Shown here in pieces: positions 39,331-48,521 of a stretch of DNA of 64,000 nt; position 1 is the stretch's first letter, and every line of letters begins with the position of its first letter. Source of the DNA: an uncultured Pseudomonadota bacterium (GTDB taxonomy: Bacteria > Myxococcota_A > Polyangia > Fen-1088); assembly GCA_963847705.1 (NCBI GenBank), contig CAWKBC010000027.1, positions 480,001 to 544,000 of the forward strand, written 5' to 3'. A model generated the notes under the pieces. The model was not told where the DNA came from. It saw nothing but the letters and a program-made list of their open reading frames with translations, and did not search any database. Made by a program: the position numbers and the translations under genes.

Positions 39331-39921
39331 CTACTGAAAGTTCTGCACGGCCGTGATCTGACCGTTCACGGTGGCCATGCCGCAGGCGACCATCGTGTAG
39401 CTGGTGTTGGTCATGTTGATGAAGTGGCCGTACTTCTCGAAGCAGCTTCCGTCGCAGGGATCGGTGGGCGGCGGTCCCTCGTCGAACATCTGTTGCAAAC
39501 AGCCGCTGACGACGGAGGTCTCGGACGGCCAGGCGGGACACTCGTCCTGCGCGTACCCCTCGGGCGAGCAGATCCGCGCGATGAACCCCGCGTGCGCGCT
39601 GTGCGAGGGATCGTAGGCGGCGTCCTGGTCGGCGCAGGCCTCGCCGGCCGTCCAGCGGCTGAGCGGCGGAAGACAGACGCAGGCGCGGAACTGGTTCACC
39701 CGCGCCACGCAGTCGGCGTCGTAGTCACCGGTCTCGGGGGCCGTCGGCATGCAGGTGTCATCGGGGGTGCAGCCGCCGCCTCCGCCCGAGGAGCCACCTT
39801 GCCCAGCCTGCGCGCTCCCCCCGCCGCTCCCGCTGCCGTTCAGGGGGCCAGGCAGGGCGTTGCACGCCAGCCCCGCGACCCCCAGCAGCCCCCCGCGCAG
39901 CCAAGCCCTCCACCCCTGCAC
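39331..39921 (-). CDS. CAP/SCP-domain lipoprotein
   Basis: Lipobox GLAC, VNQFRA...LPPL, GHFINMTNTSYTMVACG. Confidence 0.75.
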   Translation of the reverse strand: MQGWRAWLRGGLLGVAGLACNALPGPLNGSGSGGGSAQAGQGGSSGGGGGCTPDDTCMPTAPETGDYDADCVARVNQFRACVCLPPLSRWTAGEACADQDAAYDPSHSAHAGFIARICSPEGYAQDECPAWPSETSVVSGCLQQMFDEGPPPTDPCDGSCFEKYGHFINMTNTSYTMVACGMATVNGQITAVQNFQ

Positions 39922-40004
39922 CGATCGAGGCTAGCACGCGCTCGATCGATGAACCCCAAGGGACGCGCGGGTCCCCGGACGCTCGCGTTCTCGGCTGTCC
40001 GCGA

Positions 40005-41366
40005 CTACCCCGGGTTCCCGGATCCGTCGCAGGTGTAGTACTGCTTGTAGGTCGAGTCGGCGTTGGAGACGTTGCCCTTGTACGCGCAGGTCGGCCGGCA
40101 GCAGTCCTGCATCGTCGTCGTGGTGTAGCCGGACGAGAAGCCCTTGCTCGACGCCGAGGTCATGTCGATGGCGGTCGGATCCGCCGCCGGCAGGTTCTGG
40201 GAATTGAGCTTGCAGCCGGTGACGCGGGTCAGGTTGGCCGGGCACTCGATCCGCTTGGCCATCACGTTCCAGTTGAGGTGATAGAGGTTCTGCGTCTGGC
40301 TCGTCTCCTCGCAGGAGACCTGCGTCGCGCTCTGCACCGCCGCGTTGCTCGCGGTGATCATGTCGCAGTCGCTGGCGATGGCCGACTGGCAGGACATGGT
40401 GGCGATCGACGAAGAGCTGAGCGCGCCCCCGGTGCCGGCGCACTGGCTGACGTTCTGCGCGCGGATGCCGCCGTTGTTCGGCTGGCCGATCGTGGGGTAG
40501 GCGGTGTACTGCTTGCTGCAGCCGGCGGTGTTGGCCCCCTCGCCGCCGCTCCCCATGAAGATGTCGAAGTTCTTGCCGCCGCCCGCGCCGGTGTTGAACG
40601 CCTGGACGATCATCGGTTTCGGAGTCGCGACGCCGGTCACGGCGTCGCGCGGCGAGGTGAAGACCAGCTGGTAGCACTGGCAGCAGGCGTTGCTGCCCGA
40701 CTCGGTGTCGAGGCCGCCCGTGTCCATGTCGTGACCGACGACGCCGTAGACGAATTGCGGGTTGGTCGGCGAGGCGAAGTCGTCCGTCTCGGCGACCTTG
40801 AGCTCCGGGCTGAAGACCATGTCGCGCGTGCACATGAAGGCGGGGCCGCCGTTGCAGCCGCTCCCCACCGTGTCGCCCGTGTTCGGTCCGTTGATCTTGT
40901 AGCTCGGGCAGGCGCCGCAGGAGCCGCCGCAGTCGACGCCGGTCTCGCTGCCGTTCTGCATGTCGTCCATGCACGACGAGGGTCCCGAGCCCGCGGTCCC
41001 GCTGTTTCCGCCAGCCGCGCCGCCGGTTCCGCTGGCACCTGCCAGGCCGCCGCCAGCGCCGCTGCTACCGCCTTTGGCGCCGCCGGTGCCCGTCCCACCG
41101 GTTCCCGCTCCGCCGGTGCTCGTCCCACCGGTTCCCGTGCCGCCGGTGCTCGTCCCGCCGGTGCCGGTCCCGCCGGTGCCGCTCTTGGTCCCGCCGGTGC
41201 CGGTCCCGCCGGTTGCCGTGCTGCCGCCGGTCGCCGCGCCGCCCGTCCCGGCGCCAGTCTGTCCACCCGTGGCGCCGGTCATGCTGTCGCTGGCAGCGCA
41301 TCCATGCAGGGCCACGGTGAACAGAGCGGTGGCCGTGAAACCAACTAAGCGAATCCGATTCTTCAT
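40005..41366 (-). CDS. GH45-like endoglucanase lipoprotein, apparently circularly permuted
   Basis: GAGGTG RBS, lipobox LHGC, SGCNGGPAFMC, ACCQCYQLVFTS, MIVQAFNTG, NFDIFMGSGGEG, IECPANLTRVTGC, then TTTMQDCCRPTC near the C-terminus. Confidence 0.8.
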   Translation of the reverse strand: MKNRIRLVGFTATALFTVALHGCAASDSMTGATGGQTGAGTGGAATGGSTATGGTGTGGTKSGTGGTGTGGTSTGGTGTGGTSTGGAGTGGTGTGGAKGGSSGAGGGLAGASGTGGAAGGNSGTAGSGPSSCMDDMQNGSETGVDCGGSCGACPSYKINGPNTGDTVGSGCNGGPAFMCTRDMVFSPELKVAETDDFASPTNPQFVYGVVGHDMDTGGLDTESGSNACCQCYQLVFTSPRDAVTGVATPKPMIVQAFNTGAGGGKNFDIFMGSGGEGANTAGCSKQYTAYPTIGQPNNGGIRAQNVSQCAGTGGALSSSSIATMSCQSAIASDCDMITASNAAVQSATQVSCEETSQTQNLYHLNWNVMAKRIECPANLTRVTGCKLNSQNLPAADPTAIDMTSASSKGFSSGYTTTTMQDCCRPTCAYKGNVSNADSTYKQYYTCDGSGNPG

Positions 41367-41563
41367 TAGATACACCTCAAACTGTACGAGGGGGGGGCGC
41401 CCCAGTGTAGCCCGGTCAGTGCCGTGCGGGCCAGCTCGTCATCGATTTTCCGAGCCAGGGCGGTCGCTCCACGGGGCACCTGCGGGCGTCACATTTCCGA
41501 CGGAGAGGGACCCACGGTCATGAGCCGTTTTCTGGCGACCAGAAGACCCTTGGGAGAGGTCCA

Positions 41564-43150
41564 ATGTCCCTTAGCCCGAGACTCTTCGTTCTCTTGCTCG
41601 CTCTCCTTCTCTCGTCCGCGTCGTGCGGCACGAACCAAGGACCGACGCTCACCGGCAGCGCCGGCGCCGGCGGAAGCACCGGCGCCGGGGGATCGGGTGG
41701 GAGCGGCGGCGCTGGCACGGGTGGCACCTCCACCGGCGGGAGCGCGGGACTCGCGACCGGAGGGAGCGGGACCGGCGGCAGCGCGGCAGGCGCGAATGGA
41801 ACCGCGGGGCGTGCCGGCCAGGCTGGAGCCTCGGGTGCCGGGGCCACCGGGAATCCTTGCGCGACGATCGATGCGACCCTCCCCGCGGAGCCGACGATCC
41901 CGCCGGCCTGCGCGACGCTCACGGCGAGCTTCGCGATCGTGACCGGCACGCCGCCCAGCGAATCGAGCCTCGACACCTCTCGCCTTCAGATGGCGTTGAA
42001 CGGCTGCGCGGCGGGGCAGGCGGTGCGTCTGACGACGAGTGGAACCAGCAACGGCTTCATCACCGGCCCGCTCAACGTCCCCACGGGCGTCTCGCTCTGG
42101 GTCGACAGCGGCGTCACTCTCTTCGGCACCCGCGATCCCAGCGTCTACGGGCAGGCGACGGCGCTCATCTCGGTGCGGGGCGCCAACTCCGGGATCGTGG
42201 GTCTGGGGGCGATCGACGGGCAGGGGGGCGAGCCGCAGATCGGCAGCACGATGTCGCCCTGGGACGTCAACGGCGGCGGCGGCGACAGCCCGGCCCTCAT
42301 CCAGGTGCTGGGGGCGACGAACTTCACCCTCTACGAGATCACGCTGCACAACGCGCCCAAGTTCCACGTCAAGCTCGGCGCGGCCGGCTTCGTCGTCTGG
42401 GGGATCACCATCAAGACGCCGTCGGCGGCCACCAACAGCGTGGGCACCAAGCTCTCCCCCTCGAGCGCGCACAACACCGACGGCGTCGATCCGGGCGAGG
42501 CCGCCAGCAACGGGTTCATCGTCTACAACCAGATCAGCGTCGGCGACGACCACATCGCCATCAAGGGCGGGACCAGCGTCCAGCACCTCACCATCGCGCA
42601 CAACCACTTCGAGGCCGGGCACGGCATGTCGATCGGCAGCGAGACCAATGGCGGCGTCTCCGACGTCACCGTCTGCGATCTCTCGATCGACGGGACCAAC
42701 ACCGGCCTTTCGGGCGGCAGCGCCAACGGCATCCGGATCAAGTCGGATCCGAGCCGCGGGGGTCTGGTGCAGAACATCTTCTACGGGGACGTCTGCGTCC
42801 GGGCCCTCACCAACCCGATCATCCTGACGCCGATGTACTCGAGCGCCACCGGGACGGAGTACCCGCACTTCACGGGGATCACGATCCAGAACTTCCGCTC
42901 GATGAGCACCTCGACCACGCCAAAGGTGACCCTGCTCGGCTACGACGCCACCCATATGCTCGGTCTGACGCTCGACAACGTGGTGGTCGATGACCTCATC
43001 TCGGCGAACGTTTCGGCCTCCTACGCGGACATCACGCTCGGACCCGGCAGCGTGAGCTTCACCCCCTCGGGCTCGAGCGTCACGGTGAGCAACGAGGTGT
43101 CGGGCTCCTCGACCCCCAACCCCTGCACGAACAAGTGGGTGACTTTCTAG
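41564..43150 (+). CDS. GH28 polygalacturonase lipoprotein
   Basis: NTDG, GDD, GHG and RIK motifs. Close paralog of the 35850 gene. Confidence 0.93.
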   Translation: MSLSPRLFVLLLALLLSSASCGTNQGPTLTGSAGAGGSTGAGGSGGSGGAGTGGTSTGGSAGLATGGSGTGGSAAGANGTAGRAGQAGASGAGATGNPCATIDATLPAEPTIPPACATLTASFAIVTGTPPSESSLDTSRLQMALNGCAAGQAVRLTTSGTSNGFITGPLNVPTGVSLWVDSGVTLFGTRDPSVYGQATALISVRGANSGIVGLGAIDGQGGEPQIGSTMSPWDVNGGGGDSPALIQVLGATNFTLYEITLHNAPKFHVKLGAAGFVVWGITIKTPSAATNSVGTKLSPSSAHNTDGVDPGEAASNGFIVYNQISVGDDHIAIKGGTSVQHLTIAHNHFEAGHGMSIGSETNGGVSDVTVCDLSIDGTNTGLSGGSANGIRIKSDPSRGGLVQNIFYGDVCVRALTNPIILTPMYSSATGTEYPHFTGITIQNFRSMSTSTTPKVTLLGYDATHMLGLTLDNVVVDDLISANVSASYADITLGPGSVSFTPSGSSVTVSNEVSGSSTPNPCTNKWVTF

Positions 43151-43299
43151 CGCGTGCGTCGGACCCGATCGCGACAGATTGGCCCGCTTCGACCCCCGGG
43201 GCGGGGACTCGGCCTGGCAGCCCCCGCCTTTGCGGGGCCATCCCGGCCGGGCGCGGTGGCCCCCACATTGCTGCATCTTCAGCTAGGGTGAAGGCCAAG

Positions 43300-43755
43300 A
43301 TGAGGAAAAGTCTGGTGGCCGGGGTGGCATTGGCGCTTGCCTTCGGTGCGACCGCCGCGATGCCTTCGGGCGCGCAGGCGGCCGCCGGCGCCGGTCGCGC
43401 CACCGATCGGGCGCAGCCCGTCGCTGCTCGCGCTTGCAGCAAGCTTCCGGCGGGGAAGCGCGTCGTGAAGCTGAACCTCAAACCCGAGACCGAGGTCGCC
43501 GATCTGGTCGCCTGGATCTCGTCGATCACCTGCAAGCAGTTCGTGCTCCCCGACGTTCCCGCGAGCCACGCCAAGGTGACGATCGTGGCGCCGAGCCTGA
43601 TCACGACCAGCGAGGCCTACCGACTGTTTCTCGAGGCGCTCGACTCGGTCGGGTTGGCGGTCTATCCGTCCGGCTCGTTCATCCGCATCATCGAGAGCGG
43701 AAAGGCGAAGACCTATCCCATCCCGGTCTTCGTCGGTCTCGACGATCACGGGTAG
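43300..43755 (+). CDS. Stand-alone secretin (GspD-like) N0-domain protein
   Basis: Signal peptide, then VKLNLKPETEVADLVAWISSITCKQFVL...KVTIVAP...EAYRLFLEALDSVGLAVYPSGSFIRII and a stop. Confidence 0.7.
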   Translation: MRKSLVAGVALALAFGATAAMPSGAQAAAGAGRATDRAQPVAARACSKLPAGKRVVKLNLKPETEVADLVAWISSITCKQFVLPDVPASHAKVTIVAPSLITTSEAYRLFLEALDSVGLAVYPSGSFIRIIESGKAKTYPIPVFVGLDDHG

Positions 43756-43775
43756 GGTCGACAGCGGCCGGCCCG

Positions 43776-43913
43776 TCAGCGGGTCAGGATCGTATAGAAG
43801 ACCACGACCATCGCAACGAGTCCGCCGGCGGCCACGATGGCAGCCCCCAGCTCGATGAGACGACCCCTGCGGGCGCTTTTCCAGGCGAGCGTTTCTGCTT
43901 CCGACACTTGCAT
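43776..43913 (-). CDS. Putative 45-aa single-pass membrane protein
   Basis: MQVSEAETLAWKSARRGRLIELGAAIVAAGGLVAMVVVFYTILTR. Not in the ORF track. Confidence 0.45.
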   Translation of the reverse strand: MQVSEAETLAWKSARRGRLIELGAAIVAAGGLVAMVVVFYTILTR

Positions 43914-43970
43914 TCCCCTGGCCCTTGTCTCGGCGGGTCAGTGGGCGGGCTTGAGGGGCGCCACCAAATG

Positions 43971-44003
43971 AAAAAGCCCCGGGAAATTGCTCCCCCGGGG
44001 CTT
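43971..44003 (-). terminator. Rho-independent terminator
   Basis: AAGCCCCGGG...CCCGGGGCTT stem with a T5 tail on the minus strand, downstream of the 44043 gene. Confidence 0.85.
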
Positions 44004-44042
44004 CTAAACCGCGATCCGGGAGACCCGGACCAGCGGAATGAA

Positions 44043-44213
44043 CTACTCGGCCTTCTTCTCTTCCTTCGGCGCGTCCGCCTTCTTGGACTTCTTGGCCTTC
44101 TTCTCCTTCTTGGCCGGCGCGTCAGCGGCCGGGGCGTCCTCGGCCTTGGCAACGGTCCAGCTGGCGGGGAGAAGAACGGCGAGAGCGAGGAAAACAACGC
44201 GGGTGAGCTTCAT
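44043..44213 (-). CDS. Small secreted Lys/Ala-rich protein (acid-shock-protein-like)
   Basis: AAGGAG RBS, signal peptide AKA|EDAP, mature part KKEKKAKKSKK. Confidence 0.8.
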   Translation of the reverse strand: MKLTRVVFLALAVLLPASWTVAKAEDAPAADAPAKKEKKAKKSKKADAPKEEKKAE

Positions 44214-44271
44214 TGGTATCTCCTTGATTCGTTTTGGACGGGAACCCGTCCGCAGTGAGCCGAACAGAGAA

Positions 44272-44286
44272 GCAGAGGTCATGCCA
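44272..44286 (-). promoter_or_regulatory. Putative sigma54 -24/-12 promoter
   Basis: TGGCAT-GACCT-CTGC on the minus strand, about 60 nt upstream of the 44213 start. Confidence 0.45.
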
Positions 44287-44410
44287 GGTGCGTCACCGAT
44301 GCCCGAGCATCCAAGATCGCCTGAACTCGCGGACATTTTTGATGAACCGGGTCGCGGCCGGGCCCGGTGTGTGGCGTTCTTGTCTGCGGTCCGTGCGACT
44401 GTGTAGAACT

Positions 44411-46774
44411 TCACCCCACGGTCGACGAGCCCGCAGGCTCGGCCGTCAGGAACGCGTTGGTCGCCGGGTCGGCCCGCAGCAGGTTGGCGAAGAGCCAGAC
44501 GAAGGCGAAGAACAACAGCAGCGTCGAGTCCTGGAAGTGCCGATCCAGATCCGGATCGAGCGAGGCCCAGTAGCCGCCGATGCAGAGCACGAGGAGCGGC
44601 GTGGCGACGCGCTGGAATGGCACGACCAGCGGGATGGTTTTGGGTTGTGCCCCGTCTGGCCCGGCCGACGCCCGCGAGACGCCAGCGTCGGCGAGCAGCG
44701 CGAGCAAGAAGATGAAGTGGCTGTAGTAGTTCGACGGGTTGGAGATCACCAGCACGAGCGGCATCGCCAGCACCATCGCCTGATGGAGCGGCCTGCGGCG
44801 CGCCAGGAGCGCGACGCAGGCGATGCAGAGGATCTCGCAGCCGATGAAGATGACCAGGCGCGCCTGGAACACGGCGCCGGACATGCTGTCAGCCCCGGCG
44901 ATGAGCGCGCGCAAACTGATCTCGTTCACGCCCACGTCCCGGTTGAGCAGCGTGACCTTGTGGAACCAGCTGACCCAGGCGCCCGGTGAGTAGAGGATCG
45001 CCGTGAGCCCGACCATGAAGACGATGCAACCCGCGGCGCTCAGGAGCACCTGCACCGTCGCCCGCTGCTCCGCCAGCCAAGGCCGGAGCGCCGGCCGCTG
45101 GCGGTCCTTCAGCCACTGCTCGCCGAAGGCCCAGAGCGCCGGCAGCGCCACCCCGAGCAGCGCCACCACCGGGAAGAACCTGATGAGCGCCGAGAGCGCC
45201 AGGCAGATCCCCGCCGCCGTCCAGTGCTCGCGTTTGAGGGCGGCGGCGCCAAAGCCCAGCAGCGCCAGCCAGTCGTGGCGCAGGGTCGCGCCGGTCCAGT
45301 TGGTGCCGAACATGTAGAGGTCGTTGGCCCCGAACACGGTCATCGCCAGCAACATCGGCCAGAGGCCAAACGACCGCCAGAGCGCCACCGCCATCAGCAG
45401 CAGCAGCAGGGCGTCGACGAGGCCGGTGGTGATCAGCAGCCCTTCGGACGCCGGGGCGTGGGCCATGAGCAATCGCCCGAAGAAGACCCACACCGGGGTG
45501 GCGTTGGCGCCATGATCGGTGAGCGTGGAAAGGTATTCCGGCCCCATCACATTCTGGAAGTAGTTCATGTCTTTCTTGAACTCTATCCAGCGCTCCGGGC
45601 TGAACCGATCGCGCACCCCTCGAATCTCGTCCTCGATCTCGCGCACGTGCCGGATCCGGTGGTCGCCGAGACCGCGCAGCTCCTGCGTTCCGAGCGAGTC
45701 GAGCGATCCCCCCCGGTGGTCCTCGGCGTAGGCCAGCACGCTGGCGGTGTAGACGCCGTCGTAGCCCAGCTCCTTGAAGTACTTGGCGAACGGCTGGTAG
45801 ACGCGCAGGTCGTTGGTGTGGACGAACTCGGGGCGGTTCTCCTCGTGGTTCCAGAACTGGGGCCGACCGAGGTTGTAGAAAGCCAGAAAGGCCACGATCG
45901 CGCTGGTGGCGAGCGCGGCCGTGACGACGGAGCGGTGGGCCGGCCAGCGCCTGCCCGGGATGGCGGCCCGCGCCGCCGCGAGGAGCGCGATGGCGGCGGC
46001 CGTCGCGCGGACGAACGCCACCTCGCGGTTGACGAGCGGCCATCCGGTGGAGATGGCGTCGACGACGAAGCCGAGCGCGACCAGCGGGAGGAGCGCCACC
46101 AGCGCAACCACCCAGCGCCGCGACCGGCTCTGCGTCACCGCCAGCAGCAGGCCGAACGCCGCGATCAGGTAGAGGAGCGAGGACCGGACCGCGGCCGCCT
46201 GGTTCTGGCCGGCCAGTCGGTGCAGCTGCGGGGGCATCACCGACGGGGGGTGCTCGAAGAGCTGCAGCTCCGCGACCGAGTAGGCCGAGTCGCCGCCGCG
46301 AACGGTGAGGCGAACCCAGCGCCCGTGCGCGGAGAGCTGGTCGGTCCAGCGCTGGCGCATCCCCGGTTCCGGGCGCGGCTCCGCCGTCCAGAGCGGAACG
46401 AAGTTGGCATGGTCCTCCGAGATCGACACCACGTACTCGTCATTGTTGTCCCCCTGGAGGTAGCCGGCAGCGATGGGGACGCTGCGGCCGAGGTCGTACT
46501 CGGCGTAGGCCCTCTCGGAGCTGAACAGCGCGGCGACCGAGCTGTTCCATTCATCCCCCTCGAAGGCGTCGACGCCGTCGGTGATCGCGCGGGCATTGGA
46601 GACGCCCGAAGAGGACGACGGGCGAAGACCCGCCAGGAGGTTGTCGTCGGCCCGCGCCGGGCGTGCGGCGCTGGTCGCCAAAAGCCCGGCGACGAGACAG
46701 ACGAGAGGAAGGAGCAGGGGGGCGATTCGCCGGCGCCGGTGGGGCGAATGTACGAGCATGTGGGTGATCGTCAT
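44411..46774 (-). CDS. Multi-pass membrane protein: discoidin (F5/8C)-like domain plus GT-C (GT87-like) glycosyltransferase region
   Basis: Signal peptide, YDLGRSVPI...LQGDNNDEY...GRWVRL...AELQLF, then many TMs with YFKELGYDGVY, DHGANATPVW and LIRFFP. Confidence 0.65.
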   Translation of the reverse strand: MTITHMLVHSPHRRRRIAPLLLPLVCLVAGLLATSAARPARADDNLLAGLRPSSSSGVSNARAITDGVDAFEGDEWNSSVAALFSSERAYAEYDLGRSVPIAAGYLQGDNNDEYVVSISEDHANFVPLWTAEPRPEPGMRQRWTDQLSAHGRWVRLTVRGGDSAYSVAELQLFEHPPSVMPPQLHRLAGQNQAAAVRSSLLYLIAAFGLLLAVTQSRSRRWVVALVALLPLVALGFVVDAISTGWPLVNREVAFVRATAAAIALLAAARAAIPGRRWPAHRSVVTAALATSAIVAFLAFYNLGRPQFWNHEENRPEFVHTNDLRVYQPFAKYFKELGYDGVYTASVLAYAEDHRGGSLDSLGTQELRGLGDHRIRHVREIEDEIRGVRDRFSPERWIEFKKDMNYFQNVMGPEYLSTLTDHGANATPVWVFFGRLLMAHAPASEGLLITTGLVDALLLLLMAVALWRSFGLWPMLLAMTVFGANDLYMFGTNWTGATLRHDWLALLGFGAAALKREHWTAAGICLALSALIRFFPVVALLGVALPALWAFGEQWLKDRQRPALRPWLAEQRATVQVLLSAAGCIVFMVGLTAILYSPGAWVSWFHKVTLLNRDVGVNEISLRALIAGADSMSGAVFQARLVIFIGCEILCIACVALLARRRPLHQAMVLAMPLVLVISNPSNYYSHFIFLLALLADAGVSRASAGPDGAQPKTIPLVVPFQRVATPLLVLCIGGYWASLDPDLDRHFQDSTLLLFFAFVWLFANLLRADPATNAFLTAEPAGSSTVG

Positions 46775-47134
46775 CGGGGGCGGTCCTCGTTGCGCCGCCG
46801 ACTGGCTCGGCGAGCGGCGCCACTCTACCCCAGAGCGCGCTCGGGGTTGTGTTCCTCAGGGGCCTGGGACCAGCTCCTTCCGGGGCCTTCGCGAGCCGTG
46901 GGGTGGCGCACGGCCGAGGCCCAGAGGGCCAAGCGGGAGGCCAGCAGAAGGCAAACTGGAGCCAAGAAAATTTGCAGCAGCACGCGACAGGCGTGCTAAT
47001 TTTTCGGGTGACTCCTTCGTCTCCGTCCTCGTGGACGCCGCCGGCAACTGGGCCGGGACGGCCTTCGGTGACCGGAATGTTAGAGGGTTCTGCAGACGGC
47101 AGCTCCGTCGGTCACTGAAGCAAACGAGGAAGAA

Positions 47135-47542
47135 ATGGGAACGAGACTCTACGTTGGAAATCTGTCCTACAGCATCACCGAGCTGGACCTGCGCGAGCTG
47201 TTCGCAGGTCTCGGCACCGTCACGGACGCCAAGATCATCACCGATCGTGAGACGGGCCGCCCGCGCGGCTTCGGCTTCATCGAGATGGCGACCGAGGAAG
47301 AGGCCCGCAAGGCCATCGAGGAGCTGAACGGCCGCGACGTCCAGGGACGCCAGGTCGCCGTCAAGGAAGCCGAGGATCGCCGTGGTGGCGGTGGCGGCGG
47401 CGGTGGTGGTGGATACGGCGGCGGCGGCGGTGGCCGCGGCGGCGGCGGCGGTGGATACGGCGGCGGTGGTGGCGGCGGTGGTCGTGGCGGCGGCGGTGGC
47501 GGGCGTGGCGGCGGTGGTGGCGGCGGACGTCAGCGCTGGTAA
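47135..47542 (+). CDS. RRM RNA-binding protein with Gly-rich tail
   Basis: RNP2 LYVGNL, RNP1 RGFGFIEM, GAGGA RBS. Confidence 0.97.
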   Translation: MGTRLYVGNLSYSITELDLRELFAGLGTVTDAKIITDRETGRPRGFGFIEMATEEEARKAIEELNGRDVQGRQVAVKEAEDRRGGGGGGGGGGYGGGGGGRGGGGGGYGGGGGGGGRGGGGGGRGGGGGGGRQRW

Positions 47543-47602
47543 CCCAGACGTAGAGCCGCGCGACTTTCGCGCGGGCTACAGGTTCCAAGTTGCAAGTTGG
47601 AT

Positions 47603-47638
47603 GAGAGCCCGCCCCTCGAGGCGGGCTTTCTCTTTTTC
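47603..47638 (+). terminator. Rho-independent terminator
   Basis: AGCCCGCC...GGCGGGCT stem followed by TTCTCTTTTT. Confidence 0.8.
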
Positions 47639-47669
47639 TGAGACATGACTTCTGGAGGCACGACCGAAG

Positions 47670-48281
47670 ATGTCGGAGACGCTGGTCCTCTACACTGACT
47701 TCGTCTGTCCGTTCTGTTTCATCGCCGAGCAGAGCACGGTGCCGCGGCTGCTCGCCGAGTTCGAGCTGACGCTCGACTGGCGCGGGTTCGAGCTGCACCC
47801 GAACACGCCGCGCGGTGGGCTTTCGCTCTCGAAGTTGTTCCCCGGCGTGCCGCTCCCGGCGCTGCACGAGCGGACCCGCCAGTTCGCGTCGCGGTTCGGC
47901 GTCAAGAACTTCAACCCGCCGGACGAGCTGCACAACACCCGGCGTGCGCTGGCGATCGGGGAGCTGGCGCGCGATCGAGGGTGTCTGGAGCCGTTCCGTG
48001 CGGCGGCCTTCGAGGCGCACTGGCGGCAGGGGAAGAACCTCGAGGACGACGGTGATCTGGGGGCGATCGCCGTCGCGGCGGGGCTGACCCGGGACGAGGC
48101 GCTCCGGGCGGCGGACGATCCGGCGATCCTGGCGCGCGTCGATCAAAAGCAGGCCGAGGCGCGCGCGCGCGGCGTCACGGGAATCCCCACGTTCATCATC
48201 GCGGGCGAGGAGGTCGTCGGCTGCCAGCCCTACGAGATCCTGGCCGCCGCCGCGGCGCGCGCAGGCGTGCGCCGCCGCTGA
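47670..48281 (+). CDS. DsbA/FrnE-family oxidoreductase
   Basis: DFVCPFC, FELHP, GVTGIPTF. Confidence 0.92.
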   Translation: MSETLVLYTDFVCPFCFIAEQSTVPRLLAEFELTLDWRGFELHPNTPRGGLSLSKLFPGVPLPALHERTRQFASRFGVKNFNPPDELHNTRRALAIGELARDRGCLEPFRAAAFEAHWRQGKNLEDDGDLGAIAVAAGLTRDEALRAADDPAILARVDQKQAEARARGVTGIPTFIIAGEEVVGCQPYEILAAAAARAGVRRR

Positions 48282-48521
48282 TGGGCCCGGTGCCGTAAGA
48301 AACTTCAACGCGCTGCCCACCTTCCCGGCTCCAACGTGCGGGCTCTCGTGCAGTCCGGAAATGCAACGTCTGGCGCGGGACCCGGCAAAAAGTCGCCGCC
48401 GCGGATGAGGTCTTGCTTTCGCCCCATCTGCGGCGGATTCTCGAACCTTCGAGCCCGGCGAGCATCTCGTGCGTGCCCCCAGGTCGCCCCGGCTACCCCC
48501 CAGTTGCCCGAGGAGATCGTC

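Noticed and set aside
41432-41446. CGATTTTCCGAGC (and CGATTTGATGAGC at ~21195) as further copies of the pectinase motif
   Set aside because: They are partial matches only and lack GCATT at 17-nt spacing.
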